From NCBI RefSeq assembly GCF_004010195.1, contig NC_057750.1, forward strand, positions 20,339,964 through 20,367,195: a DNA stretch of 27,232 bases. The letters run 5' to 3'. The translations under genes were made by a program, and so were the position numbers. The stretch is from Chiloscyllium plagiosum (lineage: Eukaryota). Positions 1 to 11,487 of this stretch are shown here, in pieces. Under the pieces are notes generated by a model, which worked only from the letters and a program-made list of their open reading frames with translations, had not been told where the DNA came from and made no database searches. How positions within the stretch are numbered: position 1 is the first letter of the stretch; each line of letters starts with the position of its first letter.

Positions 1-9
1 AATACAGCA

Positions 10-255
10 TTTTTCCAATCCTTGACTCTGAATTACTACTAATTCCCAATTCCTGAACTCAAATTATTCGGATTACTGCCCATTCCTAATCCCTGATTGT
101 GGATTTCTGCCTGTCCCAGTCCCAGGCTCCAGAAAACTACCTATCCCCAATCCCTTAATTACTGCCAATTTCCAATTCCTGTCTCCAGATGACTACCTTT
201 TTCCAATTCGTGCCCATTCCCAATCCCTGACTCATAATTTCTGCCAGTTCAATCA
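10..255. repeat. Degenerate ~30-bp minisatellite, about 7-8 units
   Basis: Recurring unit approximating GATTACTGCCCATTCCCAATCCCTGACTCC (e.g. gattactgcccattcctaatccctgattgt, attactgccaatttccaattcctgtctcca, tgcccattcccaatccctgactc). Confidence 0.7.
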
Positions 256-508
256 CTGATGATCTGACAAACTTCTTCTCACTTGTTTCAATGACTGAGA
301 TTCTTCTCCCTCATCAAAAACCCCTTCACTTCTCACTCAACATTGAGTACTCTTTGAATTAAAGATATCTTTCTCTTCGTGAGCTATGCTATATAAATGA
401 GAGATGCTGTTGTTCAGTGGTCAGGGTTCAAGGGAGGGCACTAGCCCTGGATATGGTTCAACCTCCCCACTTCAACTTATCAGAACAGGCCAAACTCAGG
501 TTCCTTAC

Positions 509-580
509 ATGGCAAGCAACGATGGCTCCAACATTCCAACCGATCAGTACAATTGGTCTGCTTGCAAAGTGAGTCTGCAA
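509..580 (-). CDS. KANSL3: KANSL3 coding exon 8 (72 nt, phase 0-0); gene continues beyond window start
   Basis: Acceptor (tc)13ctAG. Encodes LQTHFASRPIVLIGWNVGAIVACH (human recalled as [24 protein letters not shown]). Donor AT|GTAAGG. Confidence 0.92.
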
Positions 581-584
581 CTAG

Positions 585-610
585 GAGAGAGAGAGAGAGA
601 GAGAGAGAGA
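585..610 (+). repeat. (GA)13 microsatellite
   Basis: Read directly; abuts the exon 8 splice acceptor. Confidence 0.95.
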
Positions 611-734
611 AAAAAAGAGACACAAATGCACATGAGTACATCTGAATACTTTACCAACATAATCAGGATTTTTGCTTCTGCCACCCTTGCAGGTACTGAG
701 CTCCAGATTTATAGTCAGTGAATTTTTTTTAACC

Positions 735-910
735 TCGCATCCCCTCTAAACCTCTTTCCCCTCACCTTAAAGCTATGGTCATGGTCACGGATCCCTTCAA
801 AGGAAGAGGTTTCTTCCTGTCCACTTTATTTACACCCCTCACAGTTTTATACGTCTCAACCATGTCCTCCCTCAGTCTCCTCTGCTCGAAGGAAAACAAC
901 CTCAATGTCT
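735..910 (-). mobile_element. CR1 LINE 3' fragment (decayed)
   Basis: Reverse complement resembles the CR1 ORF2 C-terminal region seen in other copies here (ttttccttcgagcagaggagactgagggaggacatggttgagacgtataaaa). Confidence 0.6.
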
Positions 911-929
911 CTTTATAACCAAACTAAAA

Positions 930-1835
930 GAGCACGATGATCATGATGGAACTGCATAAATTGCTAGTTATTGCACAATTTGAAGATTGTGAGCAATTCT
1001 GGTCACCTCATTACAGAAAGAACGGAATTGCAGCAAAGAGGATGCAGAGGACACTGACTAAGCTGTCGCCAGGGATAGCAAAGTCTAGTCCTGGAGAAAG
1101 ATTGGATTGGTTGGGGTTGCTCTCTGTGCACAAGAGGAGCCTGAGGAGATTTGATTGAGGCGAGCAACATTGAGGCAGGCCCTTGTACAGTGGTCAGTAA
1201 GGGTCTATTTTCCTTATTGGAATCATCAGTGACAATAGGGTATAGACTTCAAGTGATCGTTAGGGATTAGAGGGGAGATAAGGAAAGGTTTTTTCATATC
1301 CAAAGTGCGTTCATGGTCTGAAGTTCACTGACTGAAACAACAGCAACAAGCAGAAACCCTCAACAGAGCTCAACGGTTTCTGGATGTGCACCTTTGGTAG
1401 CAGAACCCGCAGGACTCCAGAGTATAGGCTGAAAAGTTGCCAGGGTTGGAGGGTTTGAGGTATCGGGAGAGGCTGAATGAGCTGGGATTATTTTCCCTGG
1501 AGCGTCGGAGGCCGAGAAGTGACCTTATAGAGGTTTATAAAATCATGAAGGACACCCCAGTCTAACACCAGCACCTCCAAAGGAAAAGATTTTAAAAATA
1601 GTCCCGGGGGGTAACGTTTTCACACAGAGGGTGGTGCGTGTATGGAATGAGCTGCCAGAGAAACTGATACAATTTTAACATTCAAAAGGCATCTGGATGG
1701 GTATATGAATAGGAAGGTTCTGGTGTATATGGGCCAAATACTAACAAATGAGACTACATTAATTCAGGATATGTGGTCAGCATGGACAGGTTGGACCAAA
1801 GGGTCTGTTTCCATGCCGTACATACTGCACGACTC
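930..1835 (+). mobile_element. Two adjacent CR1 LINE 3' fragments
   Basis: ELHKLLVIAQFEDCEQFWSPHYRK is a decayed form of CR1 LYKxLVRPHLEYCVQFWSPHYRK. A second copy from ~1435 (gaccttatagaggtttataaaatcatga) ends in the tail ggttggaccaaagggtctgtttccatgc. Confidence 0.75.
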
Positions 1836-1970
1836 TTGATTGTTGCATTCAAAACCCCACGGTTAGAATGTGGAAGGAGGAAACACAAGGGGGCAAACTC
1901 AGCTTCCAAAGGACCAAAGGCCTTTTGTAGCAAAACTCTGCTTTGACATTCTTGGTGTCAAATTACCTAC

Positions 1971-2072
1971 CTCCAGGATCTTGGCTCGGACCACTCCAAT
2001 CATGTGCTCCAGACATTGCACCACACTCACTCCTGAGCCCCCATTTACAACGTGCATGGTGACAGGTATAAC
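1971..2072 (-). CDS. KANSL3: KANSL3 coding exon 7 (102 nt, phase 0-0)
   Basis: Acceptor tctttttgtcctccAG. Encodes VIPVTMHVVNGGSGVSVVQCLEHMIGVVRAKILE. Donor AG|GTAGGT. Confidence 0.93.
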
Positions 2073-2509
2073 CTGGAGGACAAAAAGAACGCTTCAAACC
2101 TCTCAAGAGAACAAGCATAGTGATCAACATAAAAACAAAGTGAAAAATTACAACAGCTCCAAAATTGAACATCTTTGACCGGCATTTGAATCCCTGAGAA
2201 TAAAAGACAACTGCCCTCACATTCTACGTTGAGCCTAGCGTTACTTCGGTTACTGCATCACTACCTCCCCCAACCACATTTCCTCATTCCTCCATCTCTC
2301 ATCAACAACCTCCCCCGCAGTCTGCATGCACTCTCCCATTTCCTTGTCAACTCTCACTCATAGGTGATCCTACAACACCTCCCCCACTCCCACCCATTTT
2401 GACTAAAAGAAAAGTTCTGTGGCGTTGTTAAGTGGTTGACATGTTGAATTTATCCAATGAATGGTCATAACCTTTGGTTTATCTCAAGCATCACACATTA
2501 ACGAGTGAA

Positions 2510-5400
2510 AAAACAGGAGCTTTTCCACATGAATGCATGGTTGGAGATGGTGCAAGAAGGTGGCTTTAGATTTCTGGGACACTGGAGGTGTTTTTGGGGG
2601 CAGGTGGACATCTACCTGACCTGAAATGGGAGCAGCATCCTGACAAGGTTTGCTGGTCTTGTTGTAGAGGATTTAAGTTAACTTGCCAGGGAAGCAGGAT
2701 CAAGACAAAATGTTCAGTAGGGGAAGCTGATGGCCAAATTCAGAAGAGAAGCAAGGGACTCAAGGCATAAACATTACAGGCAAGTTTAGTGCACAAGAAA
2801 GTTTGACAAGGTTGAATGGTACTTATTTTAATGCAAGAGGTCTGATAAACAAGGCAAATGAGTTGAGAGCTCAAATTAAAACATGGGGATGCAATGCAAT
2901 TGCTTTAACTACGACAGGATTGAGAGGGGGCAGGATTGGCAGCTCAATATTCCAGGCTACAGGGGTTTCAGGTGAGACAGGGAAGGAGGTAAAAGGAGAA
3001 GAGGTGTCACAATATTGATCAGGGAATCGATTATAGCAGTGAGGAAGGATGACATTTTATAAGTCTCAAGAAATAAGAACATATGGTGGTACTTAAACTC
3101 CAAAACGGAACAACTACATTAGAGAACAGAACATAGAACGGTACAGCACAATACAGGCCCATCGGTCCTCGATGTTGCGCCAACCTTTTATCTTACTCTA
3201 AGATCATACTAACATCATTTTACTATCACTTGTGTGCCTATCCAAGAGTGGCTTAAATGTCCCTAACGTATCTGACTCTACTTCCACAAAATAACAGGAA
3301 CACTGGCAATAATTTTCAATTCCTTGCTGACCAAATGAGAGGTGCCAGAGGACTGGAAGACAGCCTCTGTAGTACCATTAGTCAAGAAGGGAACAAGAAA
3401 ACCAAGAAACTATATGCCAGTCATTCTCACCTCTGTGGTGGGGAAACTGCTGAAAGCAAATCTGAGCGACAGAATTAAACTGTAGTTGAAGATGCCAGGA
3501 TTAATCAGCAAGTCAACATGGTTTGGTTAAAAGTAGCTCATGCCTGAGCAGCTTGATTGAATTTTTTGAAGAGGTGTCTAGGTATGTAGATGAGGGCAAT
3601 GCTTTTGATGCAGTCGACTTGGATTTCACCAAGGGCTTTTAGATTAGATTAGATTAGATTCCCTACAGTGTGGAAACAGGCCCTTCGGCCCAACAAGTCC
3701 ACACCGACCCACCGAAGTGTAACCCACCCAGACCCATTCTCCTACATTTACCCCTTCACCTAACACTACAGGCAATTTAGCATGGCCAATTCACCTGGCT
3801 TTTGATAAGGTCCCATATGGGAGACTGAGAGTAAAAGTAAAAGCCCATAAAATTCAAGAAGATTTGGCAAATTGAAGACAGAATTGGCTGAGTGGCAGGA
3901 AATAGAGGGAGATGATCAAGAGATTTTATGCGATTGGAAGCCTGTGTACAGTGGGGTTACGCAGCTATCAGATTTGGTGCTGTTTGAGGTATATTTAAAT
4001 GATTTAGACTTGAATGTAAGAGGGTTGATCATACAAGTTTGCTGCTGATAATACGAAAATTGGTGCGTGATAAATATTGAGGGTTGCCTTAGATTACAAG
4101 AGGGTATCGATGGACTGGTCAGATGGGCTGATCAGTGGCAAAGATAAGTACATGAAAAGCAAAGGTTTGGAGTGATATGGACCAGCAGCAGACAGGTGGA
4201 ACAAGTTGAGTTTGGGATTATGTTTGGCATGGACTGGTTGGACCGAGGGTCTGTTTCCGTGCTATACGACTCTGTGATTCTGTGAAATGGAACTCAATCA
4301 AGATAAGCATGAGGTGATGCCCTAGGGCAGGACAAACAAGGCAAGGGAATACATGATGAACGGCAGAACCTTGGGAATCACTGAGGATCAGATAGACCTT
4401 GATATGCATGCCCGTCAGGCCCTTAAGGTAGCAGGACAGGCAGACAAAGTGGATAAGAAGGCATATGAAGTACCTGCCTTTACTAATCTAGGCAAGAGCA
4501 GGGTAGATGATGTTCGAATTGTATAAATGTTGTGTTTGACCACAGCTAGAAAATTGTGCATAATCCACATCACACAAGTGACAGCACTGGAAAGGTTGCA
4601 AAGGCTATTTATCAAGATATTGGCTAGACAGCGTAGGCCATGAAAAGAGACTGAACAGACTTGAGCTGTTTTTCTTGGAGGAGAGGAACCCGAGGACGGA
4701 CATAATTGAGATTTACAAAACTTTATGGGCATGGACGGGGTAGGCAGGAATAAACCTTTCCCCTTGGTGAAGGGCAAGAATTTAAGGTAAGGGGAATGAG
4801 GTTTGGAAGGGATGCAAGGAAATAAGTTTTCACCCAAAAGGTGGTGTGAATCCAGAACTCAACCCCTGATGTCCAGAAACAAACAGTAGGTCGTGAGGAG
4901 TGATTATCCAAAATCTTGTAAATTTCGCCAGAATTTACAAGATTAAGGGGTGATGTGATCAAATCCTTCAAGATATGAACAGGAGAAGTCAGCGTAGGTA
5001 AAGATAAGAATATCGACTGTTTGGGAATTGTAGAACAATAATGCACAATCTGAGAATTCAGACCAGAATATTGAGAAGTGATGTTAGGAAGCAGTTTCTT
5101 GTCCACAAATGGCAGTGGATGCAGGGTTAGTTGTTCATTTTAAATCTGAGTTAGATTTATTTTTGTTAAGTAAAGCTATTAAGGGATATTGGTCAAAGGT
5201 AGGTACTTGGAGTTAGACCATCAGCCGTAATCTTACTGAATGGTGGAACTGGCTCAAGTGGCTGAATGGTGTACTCTTGTCTTCATGTCCCCAAGGGCGG
5301 TAGATAGAAACGCTCATATAACATTTAAGAAATATTTAGTTGGAACACCCGCAAATGCCAAAGCATAGAAGGCTAAGGACCAAGTATTGGAAAATGGGAT
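2510..5400 (+). mobile_element. Long decayed CR1 LINE (end of ORF1, APE, RT, 3' end) with nested insertions
   Basis: ORF1-like NAWL..GFRFLGHW at ~2530. APE start YFNARGLINKANELRAQIKTWGCNAIALT (2803-2910). RT segment FFEEVSRYVDEGNAFDAVDLDF..AFDKVP at ~3560-3815. Many stops and frameshifts. Nested CR1 tails at ~3120-3280 (-), ~4155-4280 (+) and ~4900-5290 (+). Confidence 0.8.
3641..3796 (-). mobile_element. 5'-truncated HE1/V-SINE-type SINE with 7-bp TSD
   Basis: (TCTAA)n tail and 3' half match the full copy at 12656. GGCTTTT is duplicated at 3634-3640 and 3797-3803, splitting the CR1 KAFDKV motif. Confidence 0.9.
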
Positions 5401-5578
5401 AACAATAATTAGGTCCTTGTTGCTGACTATGACACTAGGACTAATAATTTCTCAACTGAAATCTTGAGCAGGCTTCACTGGGAGGTAGAGGGAACAAGGC
5501 CGCAGAGAGGCTACCTCATGAATAAAGACAAGAAATTTCCTCACGCTGTGCTTATAATGAGGTCTGAGTGTAACAAAC

Positions 5579-5695
5579 CTTTCCCAAACAGGACAGCTGA
5601 GATAACCAAAAACGGTTCCTGCGTGATGCAGATGTCATGTTGTTCATGGGTCCACTAGGAGTGACGAGCAGCAACGGAGAACCTGGGATCTTACT
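5579..5695 (-). CDS. KANSL3: KANSL3 coding exon 6 (117 nt, phase 0-0)
   Basis: Acceptor ctttgacctgcAG. Encodes [39 protein letters not shown]. Donor AG|GTTTGT. Confidence 0.93.
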
Positions 5696-6275
5696 CTGCA
5701 GGTCAAAGCAACAGTATTAGAAAAGTTTTCCAACAGCAGTTATCAGAGCTGAACCCACCCACACGAAACCAGTGTACATGTAGTACAGCCAGGAACAACT
5801 GTGGTTATCATGAAACAGCTATTGACTTTGGTAGCTCCACTTCCATTCAGTGCGCACATTTGACAAGGCCTTGGAATTTTTGAAGTTAAATTAGACATTC
5901 TTGGGTCGAAAACCTCCCTAACAACAACTTTTTGAATTGTTAACTTGCAGTTTGTCACAGGCCTGAGCAAGAGACAGTTGAACTCAAACCTCCAGAAAGG
6001 CTACAGAGACAAGTCTCCCTCTTTCTCACCCTAATGGGGAAAAAAAAGCACAGGGTTTTAAAGGAACAATTTCAAACTTAAGTAAAGACCAAGGTCAAAC
6101 TGACCAGCTACCAAATCGAGGATCTTATATCGTTCTGCAGTCAACAACGTCCATAACTATGCCATAAACCAAAACAACCACGAGAAAGTCACCTCATTCC
6201 ACCCTTGCAGCTTGGAGTCTATCCATAGAATTTAGTGCTCTCTGCCTATCCCAGATGAGACCGAATGTCTTGGGT

Positions 6276-6548
6276 CAGCAAAGTAGCTCAGTGGTTAACA
6301 CGGAGTTCGATTCCACACTTGGGCGACTGTCTGTGTGGAGTTTGCACATTCCCCCTGTGCCTGCATGGGTTTCCTCCAGGCGCTCCGGTTTCCTCCCACA
6401 GTCCAAGGATATACAGGTTAGGTGGATTGGCCATGGAATATGCAGAGTTACCACGATAGGTTGGGATTGAGTAGGCTGCCCTTTGGAAGATTGGTGCTGA
6501 CTCGATGGGCCAAGTGCCCTGCTACCACACTGAAGGGAAGCTATGATT
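6276..6548 (+). mobile_element. HE1/V-SINE-type SINE (diverged)
   Basis: gctcagtggtt head; core gactgtctgtgtggagtttgcacatt...tgggtttcctcc...ccggtttcctcccacagtccaa. Confidence 0.85.
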
Positions 6549-6699
6549 TTCTACCCATGATATTGCAGTAGAACCACCTCTCTTATTTGTGAATAAACAT
6601 GTGTGTTTGGGTTTAAAGGGGCTATAGGTACGTTTGCATGCTAATATTTAACAATCCACAGTTCACAGCAGGTTCACTCAACTTAATTTCTGAGATAAA

Positions 6700-7115
6700 G
6701 GAGTTATTTTCTAAAGAATGGTGCTAAGAATGGCCAGCAGCTAATGAATCTCAGACAGATAGGAGGGTTAGGGAAAACATGGACAATCCTGAAGGGATTT
6801 GACAGGATGGATACCCAGAAGATGGTTCCTCTCATGGGGGTTACTTGAACTGGACGACTCAGCTTAAGAGGAAGACCTCTCCCTCTCAGATTTTCTTTCA
6901 CTCAGTAGGTCATTACCCTGTTGAGTTCTCTTCCTGGAAAGCAGTGGAGTAAGGATCACTTAAATCATAAAAGCTTGAGTTTGATAGATTTTTTATCAAC
7001 AAGGAAATCGAGGGTTATGTGGACAGTTAAGGAACAAAGTGGAGCTGAAATCAGCCCTGATTTAATTAAGTAACAGAACAGACGCGTGGATCAAATGGTC
7101 TACTCCTGTTCCTAA
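6700..7115 (+). mobile_element. CR1 LINE 3' fragment (decayed)
   Basis: acaatcctgaagggatttgacaggatgg...ttctttcactcagtagg...gagtttgatagatttt, typical of the CR1 3' region. Confidence 0.6.
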
Positions 7116-7210
7116 GTTTCATATTACGATGCAATTACAGCAGTAGAGGAAATACCAGCCTCAGGCCTTCCATGTAGTGAAGGATTTTCCACAGCCGATA
7201 TGTAACTCAC

Positions 7211-7342
7211 CGGTTTATTATGGGAAAGCACTCCTACTGCAGGATCCCACGGTCGCTTCAACAGTAGGGACAGGGCTTCCGCCCCAGCAGCTCCTGACTT
7301 AGTGGTGGAGGAAATGATCATTTTATCAATTAACGTTGGTAC
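7211..7342 (-). CDS. KANSL3: KANSL3 coding exon 5 (132 nt, phase 0-0)
   Basis: Acceptor gcttcctttcAG. Encodes [44 protein letters not shown]. Donor CG|GTGAGT. Confidence 0.96.
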
Positions 7343-8275
7343 CTGAAAGGAAGCATATCAAACTTGGTGTCATTGCTCCTTTTATTTTAACCCACTGAGG
7401 TTCAGCTAAATCAACGATGCACTCCATTCAAGCCCACGCACACAATCCCCAAGGTGTGATGCCACGATGGCTCACAGTACTCCAAGCATGGTCAAACACT
7501 GGAGCGCAGGACACATTACTTTATATGGATTCTCATCCTCTTAACATGAAGGTCAACATTCTAGCAACTTTGCTGATTAATTTTTTAACCGATCATGTCA
7601 CTTGAAAGATCAAGGCATCTGGATCTCAAGTCTCTTCCCACAGTTTCAAATTTCTCAACATTTAGCAAGTACCTTTTGCTGCTCACCTTGGCTACGTCTG
7701 CAAATATGATGATAAGTACAGCAAGTGAGTTTGAACTCTGTGGTCCTTTTTGTCTGATAGCCGCATATGGAACTTCAAAGTTTTGGTGAAAATCCACATT
7801 ATTATAAATATACAAGAACTGAAATTGGATTTGATGAATCCAAGAATAATGATTTACTTATGGCTTTGAAACATATACTTACTTTTGGCACCTGAATTGT
7901 TGTATTTAGTAAGTTACTTTATTTGAAAGATGCAAAATATAGCAAGAAACAACGAGGGTGTTTGCTTGATTGGCTCATATAGCCAAATGCTTGAAGGATA
8001 TAATGAGAGTATTGTTGGGCAATGTAGAAAGGAAATGGAATGCATGTTGTGATGCATCGAATTTTTGAAAAGGGTTGTAATGAAATGTTACAGACATTTT
8101 CCTCCATTTCTCTTGCAACCCTGAATGAATCTAAAGTCCCTAACATTTATATGTCCTGAGACAGCAGTTGCTTGTTCCAAGCATTTTCTGGTGAATTGTT
8201 ATCGAGTCTGTTTTCTTTTCTGTGAAATGATATCTGGATTTCATAAGGAATTAATTATATTCTCTCCAGTATTCT

Positions 8276-8574
8276 CTTCGGCCCGACAAGTCCACACCGA
8301 CCCTCTGAACAGTAACCCAACCAGACCCATTCCCCGACCCTATATTTACCACTGACTAATGCACCTAACACTATCGGCAATTTAGCATGGCCAATTTACC
8401 TGACCTGCAAATCCTTGTATTGTGGGAAGAAATGGGAGCACTCGGAGGAAACCCATGTAGACATGGGGAGAATTTGGACACTCAACACAAACAGTCGCCC
8501 AAGGCGGGAATCGAACCCGGGTCCCTGGCACTCTGAGGCAGCAGTGCTAACCACTGAGCCACCATGTCACCCCG
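8276..8574 (-). mobile_element. HE1/V-SINE-type SINE
   Basis: Reverse complement begins ggggtgacatggtggctcagtggttagcactgctgcctcag and has B-box ggttcgattcc plus the family core. Confidence 0.9.
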
Positions 8575-8673
8575 AATCTGATGCTTTTAGTCTTGATGCT
8601 CTCTACATTAGCATAATAATTGAGTTAATTAAATGTAATCAAATTTAAGATTAAATTGACTTTCAAAAAAAAA

Positions 8674-9020
8674 GGAGCAGCATGGTGACTCAGTGGTGAG
8701 CACTGCTGCCTCACAGCACCAAGGACCCAGGTTCAATTCTAACCTCGGACGACTGTCTGTGTGGAGATTGCACACTTTGTCTGTGGGTTTCCTCCGGGTG
8801 CTCCAGTTTTCTCCCACAATCTAAAGGTGTGTAGGTTAGGTGAATTGGCCATGCTACAATTGCCTATAGTGTTCACAGATGAGAGAGTTAGGTACATTAG
8901 TCAGGGGAAATGTAGAGTAATAGGCTAGGGGAATGGGTTTCAGTGGGTTGCTCTTCGGGGAGTCGGTGTGGACTCATTGGGCTGAAGGGCCTGTCTCCAC
9001 ACTGTAGGGATTCTATGATT
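8674..9020 (+). mobile_element. HE1/V-SINE-type SINE
   Basis: tRNA-like head ggtgactcagtggtgagcactgctgcctcacagc...ggttcaattc, family core, and tail gggctgaagggcctgtctccacactgtagggattctatg. Confidence 0.9.
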
Positions 9021-9401
9021 ATACCTTTGTTTGAGCCAGAATACTGATCTTAAAATGGTCAGATGGTAAACAATTCGTGACCATTCATTTCTGCTATAAA
9101 TAATGAAATTAGCTGAAAAGCTCAACTAAGTCTGTATTAATTGGATGCCACATACACCAACAAAAGGAGGTCTGAAATTCTGTCAGAAAGACACATTAAA
9201 TTGGGTTTCAGCTTGAAAGCAGTAGTTCAGGTAGCAAAGGACATTGAAAGTGTAAAATCAAAGAGAGCTCTATCGGTATTGAGCAGTGCTTTCTCTGGCA
9301 GCACAGCACTGCCTCGCTGATGGGATAATACTCCCACTGTCAGGCTCAATCAAGGGTTCAAACCTCATTACCTTCAACTGTTTTCCAGCTGGGCTTTCAG
9401 T

Positions 9402-9770
9402 GTCAGCCATAGCTCAGTGGGAAGATCTCTCATTTTGCCATTGCAAGATTCTATGTTCATACCCGACTCCACAAACTTGATGCAAAATCTTGATGGATAC
9501 TTTCCCCTGTCAGTACTGAGGGAATGCTGTACTGCTGCACATTCTATCTTACAGAAAAAGTGCACTACAGAGACCATGCTCATCATATCAGACACAATGA
9601 TTTCTCACATTAGTGCAACAATAGCAGGGACACCCCATATTCATTTCTCGACAAACATCAATAATGCAAGATTACTAGGTCATCAGTATTTTGCTGTACA
9701 CTGGAGCTTGCCACATGCTAATATGCTGCTGCATTATACTACAAGTAATTACAGTACTTAGCTTGAAAAC
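9402..9770 (+). mobile_element. Old DeuSINE (SacSINE1-like), decayed
   Basis: Head gtcagccatagctcagtgg..., motif cagtactgagggaatgctgtactg, and aacatcaataatgcaagattactaggtcatcagtattttgctgt...ggagcttgc resemble the Deu-domain SINE consensus as I recall it. Confidence 0.6.
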
Positions 9771-9860
9771 TAAGGTGGTCTTAGGAAAAATGCTAGTCTA
9801 TCTTTCACCAAGTACACGCAGTTGAGTTCTCCATGATTGTGCAGAATCTGTCATACCTAC

Positions 9861-10046
9861 CTTGCATTTCAAGGTCTGAAGCACATCTAAGTATGCTGCC
9901 AGCATGGGCAGGCTCAGGGTTTCCACCAGCGTTGTGTGCAGCCATTGTGTCAACTTGGTGTCCCAGCTGACACAGGCAAGGGCCTGTCGAACACGTCGGG
10001 CACATTTATCCACTGCGATCCTCCGCAGCACTGGTTCATTACTGGC
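9861..10046 (-). CDS. KANSL3: KANSL3 coding exon 4 (186 nt, phase 0-0)
   Basis: Acceptor ttattgtcctcAG. Encodes [62 protein letters not shown]. Donor AG|GTAGGT. Confidence 0.96.
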
Positions 10047-10299
10047 CTGAGGACAATAACCTTAGTTTCACTTTGAGATTCAACACAGCACAATTTCTCC
10101 AAGCACGACAAATCCCTGCATTCTGCATTATCCTTCCCTCCCAATTGGGGCCAGGATGAGACATTGCTCTTGTTGATTTTTAGTTCTAAAACTAAACAAG
10201 AACAAAAACAAGATGCCCTGCTTCCCACGTCCCTTTTGGCAAGCTCCCGCATCAGGAATGGAATTTAGCATTCCATCTGTGTGCCTACTAAAAAGACAT

Positions 10300-11280
10300 A
10301 CAAACATGTCAACAAGGAACAGGTACAGACCACTCAGCCCCTGAAGCCTGCGCAATCATTCAACAAGGTCATGACTGACCTGCTTACTCCACATTCTTGC
10401 CTATCCCCGGAACGGTGACTATCCCCTGCCTCACAGTGCCAGGGACCCAGGTTCAATTCCCACTTCGGGCAACGGTCTGTGTGGAGCTTGCACATTCTCC
10501 CCGTGCTCCGGTTTCCTCCCACAGTACAAAGATGTGCAGGTCAGATGAATTGGCCATTCTAAATTGCCCATAGTGTTAGGTGCAGGGTTACATGTAGGGG
10601 AATGGGTCTGGGTGGGTTGCTCTTCGGAGGGTCAGTGTGGACTTGGTGGGCCGAAGGGCCTGTTTCCACACTGCAGGGAATCTAATCTAATCAAAACTCT
10701 TCACTCCGTTGCTAATCAAGAATTTATCCACCTATGCCTTCAAAATATTCAAGGACTCTTACTTCTGCCAACATTTCAGGAAGAGGACTCCATAGACTCA
10801 TTATCTCTATGGCAAACAGATGCTCAACATCTGTTTAAATGGGCGACCCCTTATTTTTAAACAATCATCTCTGGTTTGAGATTCTCCGACAGCAGAAACA
10901 TCCTCTCCACATTCATCCAGTTAAGATCTCTCAGGATCTTTTATGTTTCCATCAAGCTGTCTTGTATTCTTCTAAACTCCAGCAGATACAAGCCTAGTGT
11001 GACCAACCTCTCCCCAAAATACAATCCGTCTATTCTAGATGTTGGTCAAGTAAACTTTCTCTGAACTGCTTCCAATGCATTTGTGTCCTTCTTTACACTG
11101 TGCACAGTACTTCAGATGTCATCTTGTGAATGCCCTGTATGACTGAAGCATAAACTTCCTATTTTCGCCTTTGCAAAATCTCGCAATAAATGATGATTTT
11201 ATTAGTCTTACCGATTACTTTGCTGGACCTGAACACTAACCTTCAGCAATTCAAGCATGAGGTTCTCTGTGCACCTAGAT
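10300..11280 (-). mobile_element. Decayed CR1 3' portion interrupted by a SINE
   Basis: Tail aggaacaggtacagaccactcagcccctgaagcctg at ~10315; ORF2 C-terminal relic tcaggatcttttatgtttccatcaag at ~10930. Confidence 0.65.
10425..10692 (+). mobile_element. HE1/V-SINE-type SINE (head-truncated)
   Basis: ctgcctcacagtgccagggacccaggttcaattcc, family core, and tail gggccgaagggcctgtttccacactgcagggaatctaatctaa. Confidence 0.9.
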
Positions 11281-11313
11281 TTAGAGAAGTCATGGAACAG
11301 AAGTCTTGGAAAG

Positions 11314-11487
11314 TCAGGAGCATGGTGGGTCAGTGATGAGCACTGCTGCTTTACAGCGCAAGGGACCTGGGATCGATTACACCCTTGGTCAACTGCCTGT
11401 ATGGAGTTTACACATTCCACACGGGTTTCCTCCAGGTGATCTGGTTTTCTTCCCAAAGTCCAGATTAGGTGGACTGGCCATGCTAAA
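11314..11487 (+). mobile_element. HE1/V-SINE-type SINE, 3'-truncated and diverged
   Basis: gcatggtgggtcagtgatgagcactgctgc head; ends at ggccatgctaaat where a CR1 tail begins. Confidence 0.75.

Noticed and set aside
10..255. CRISPR-like repeat array
   Set aside because: Units are degenerate and adjacent with no unique spacers, there are no cas genes, and the context is a eukaryotic intron.
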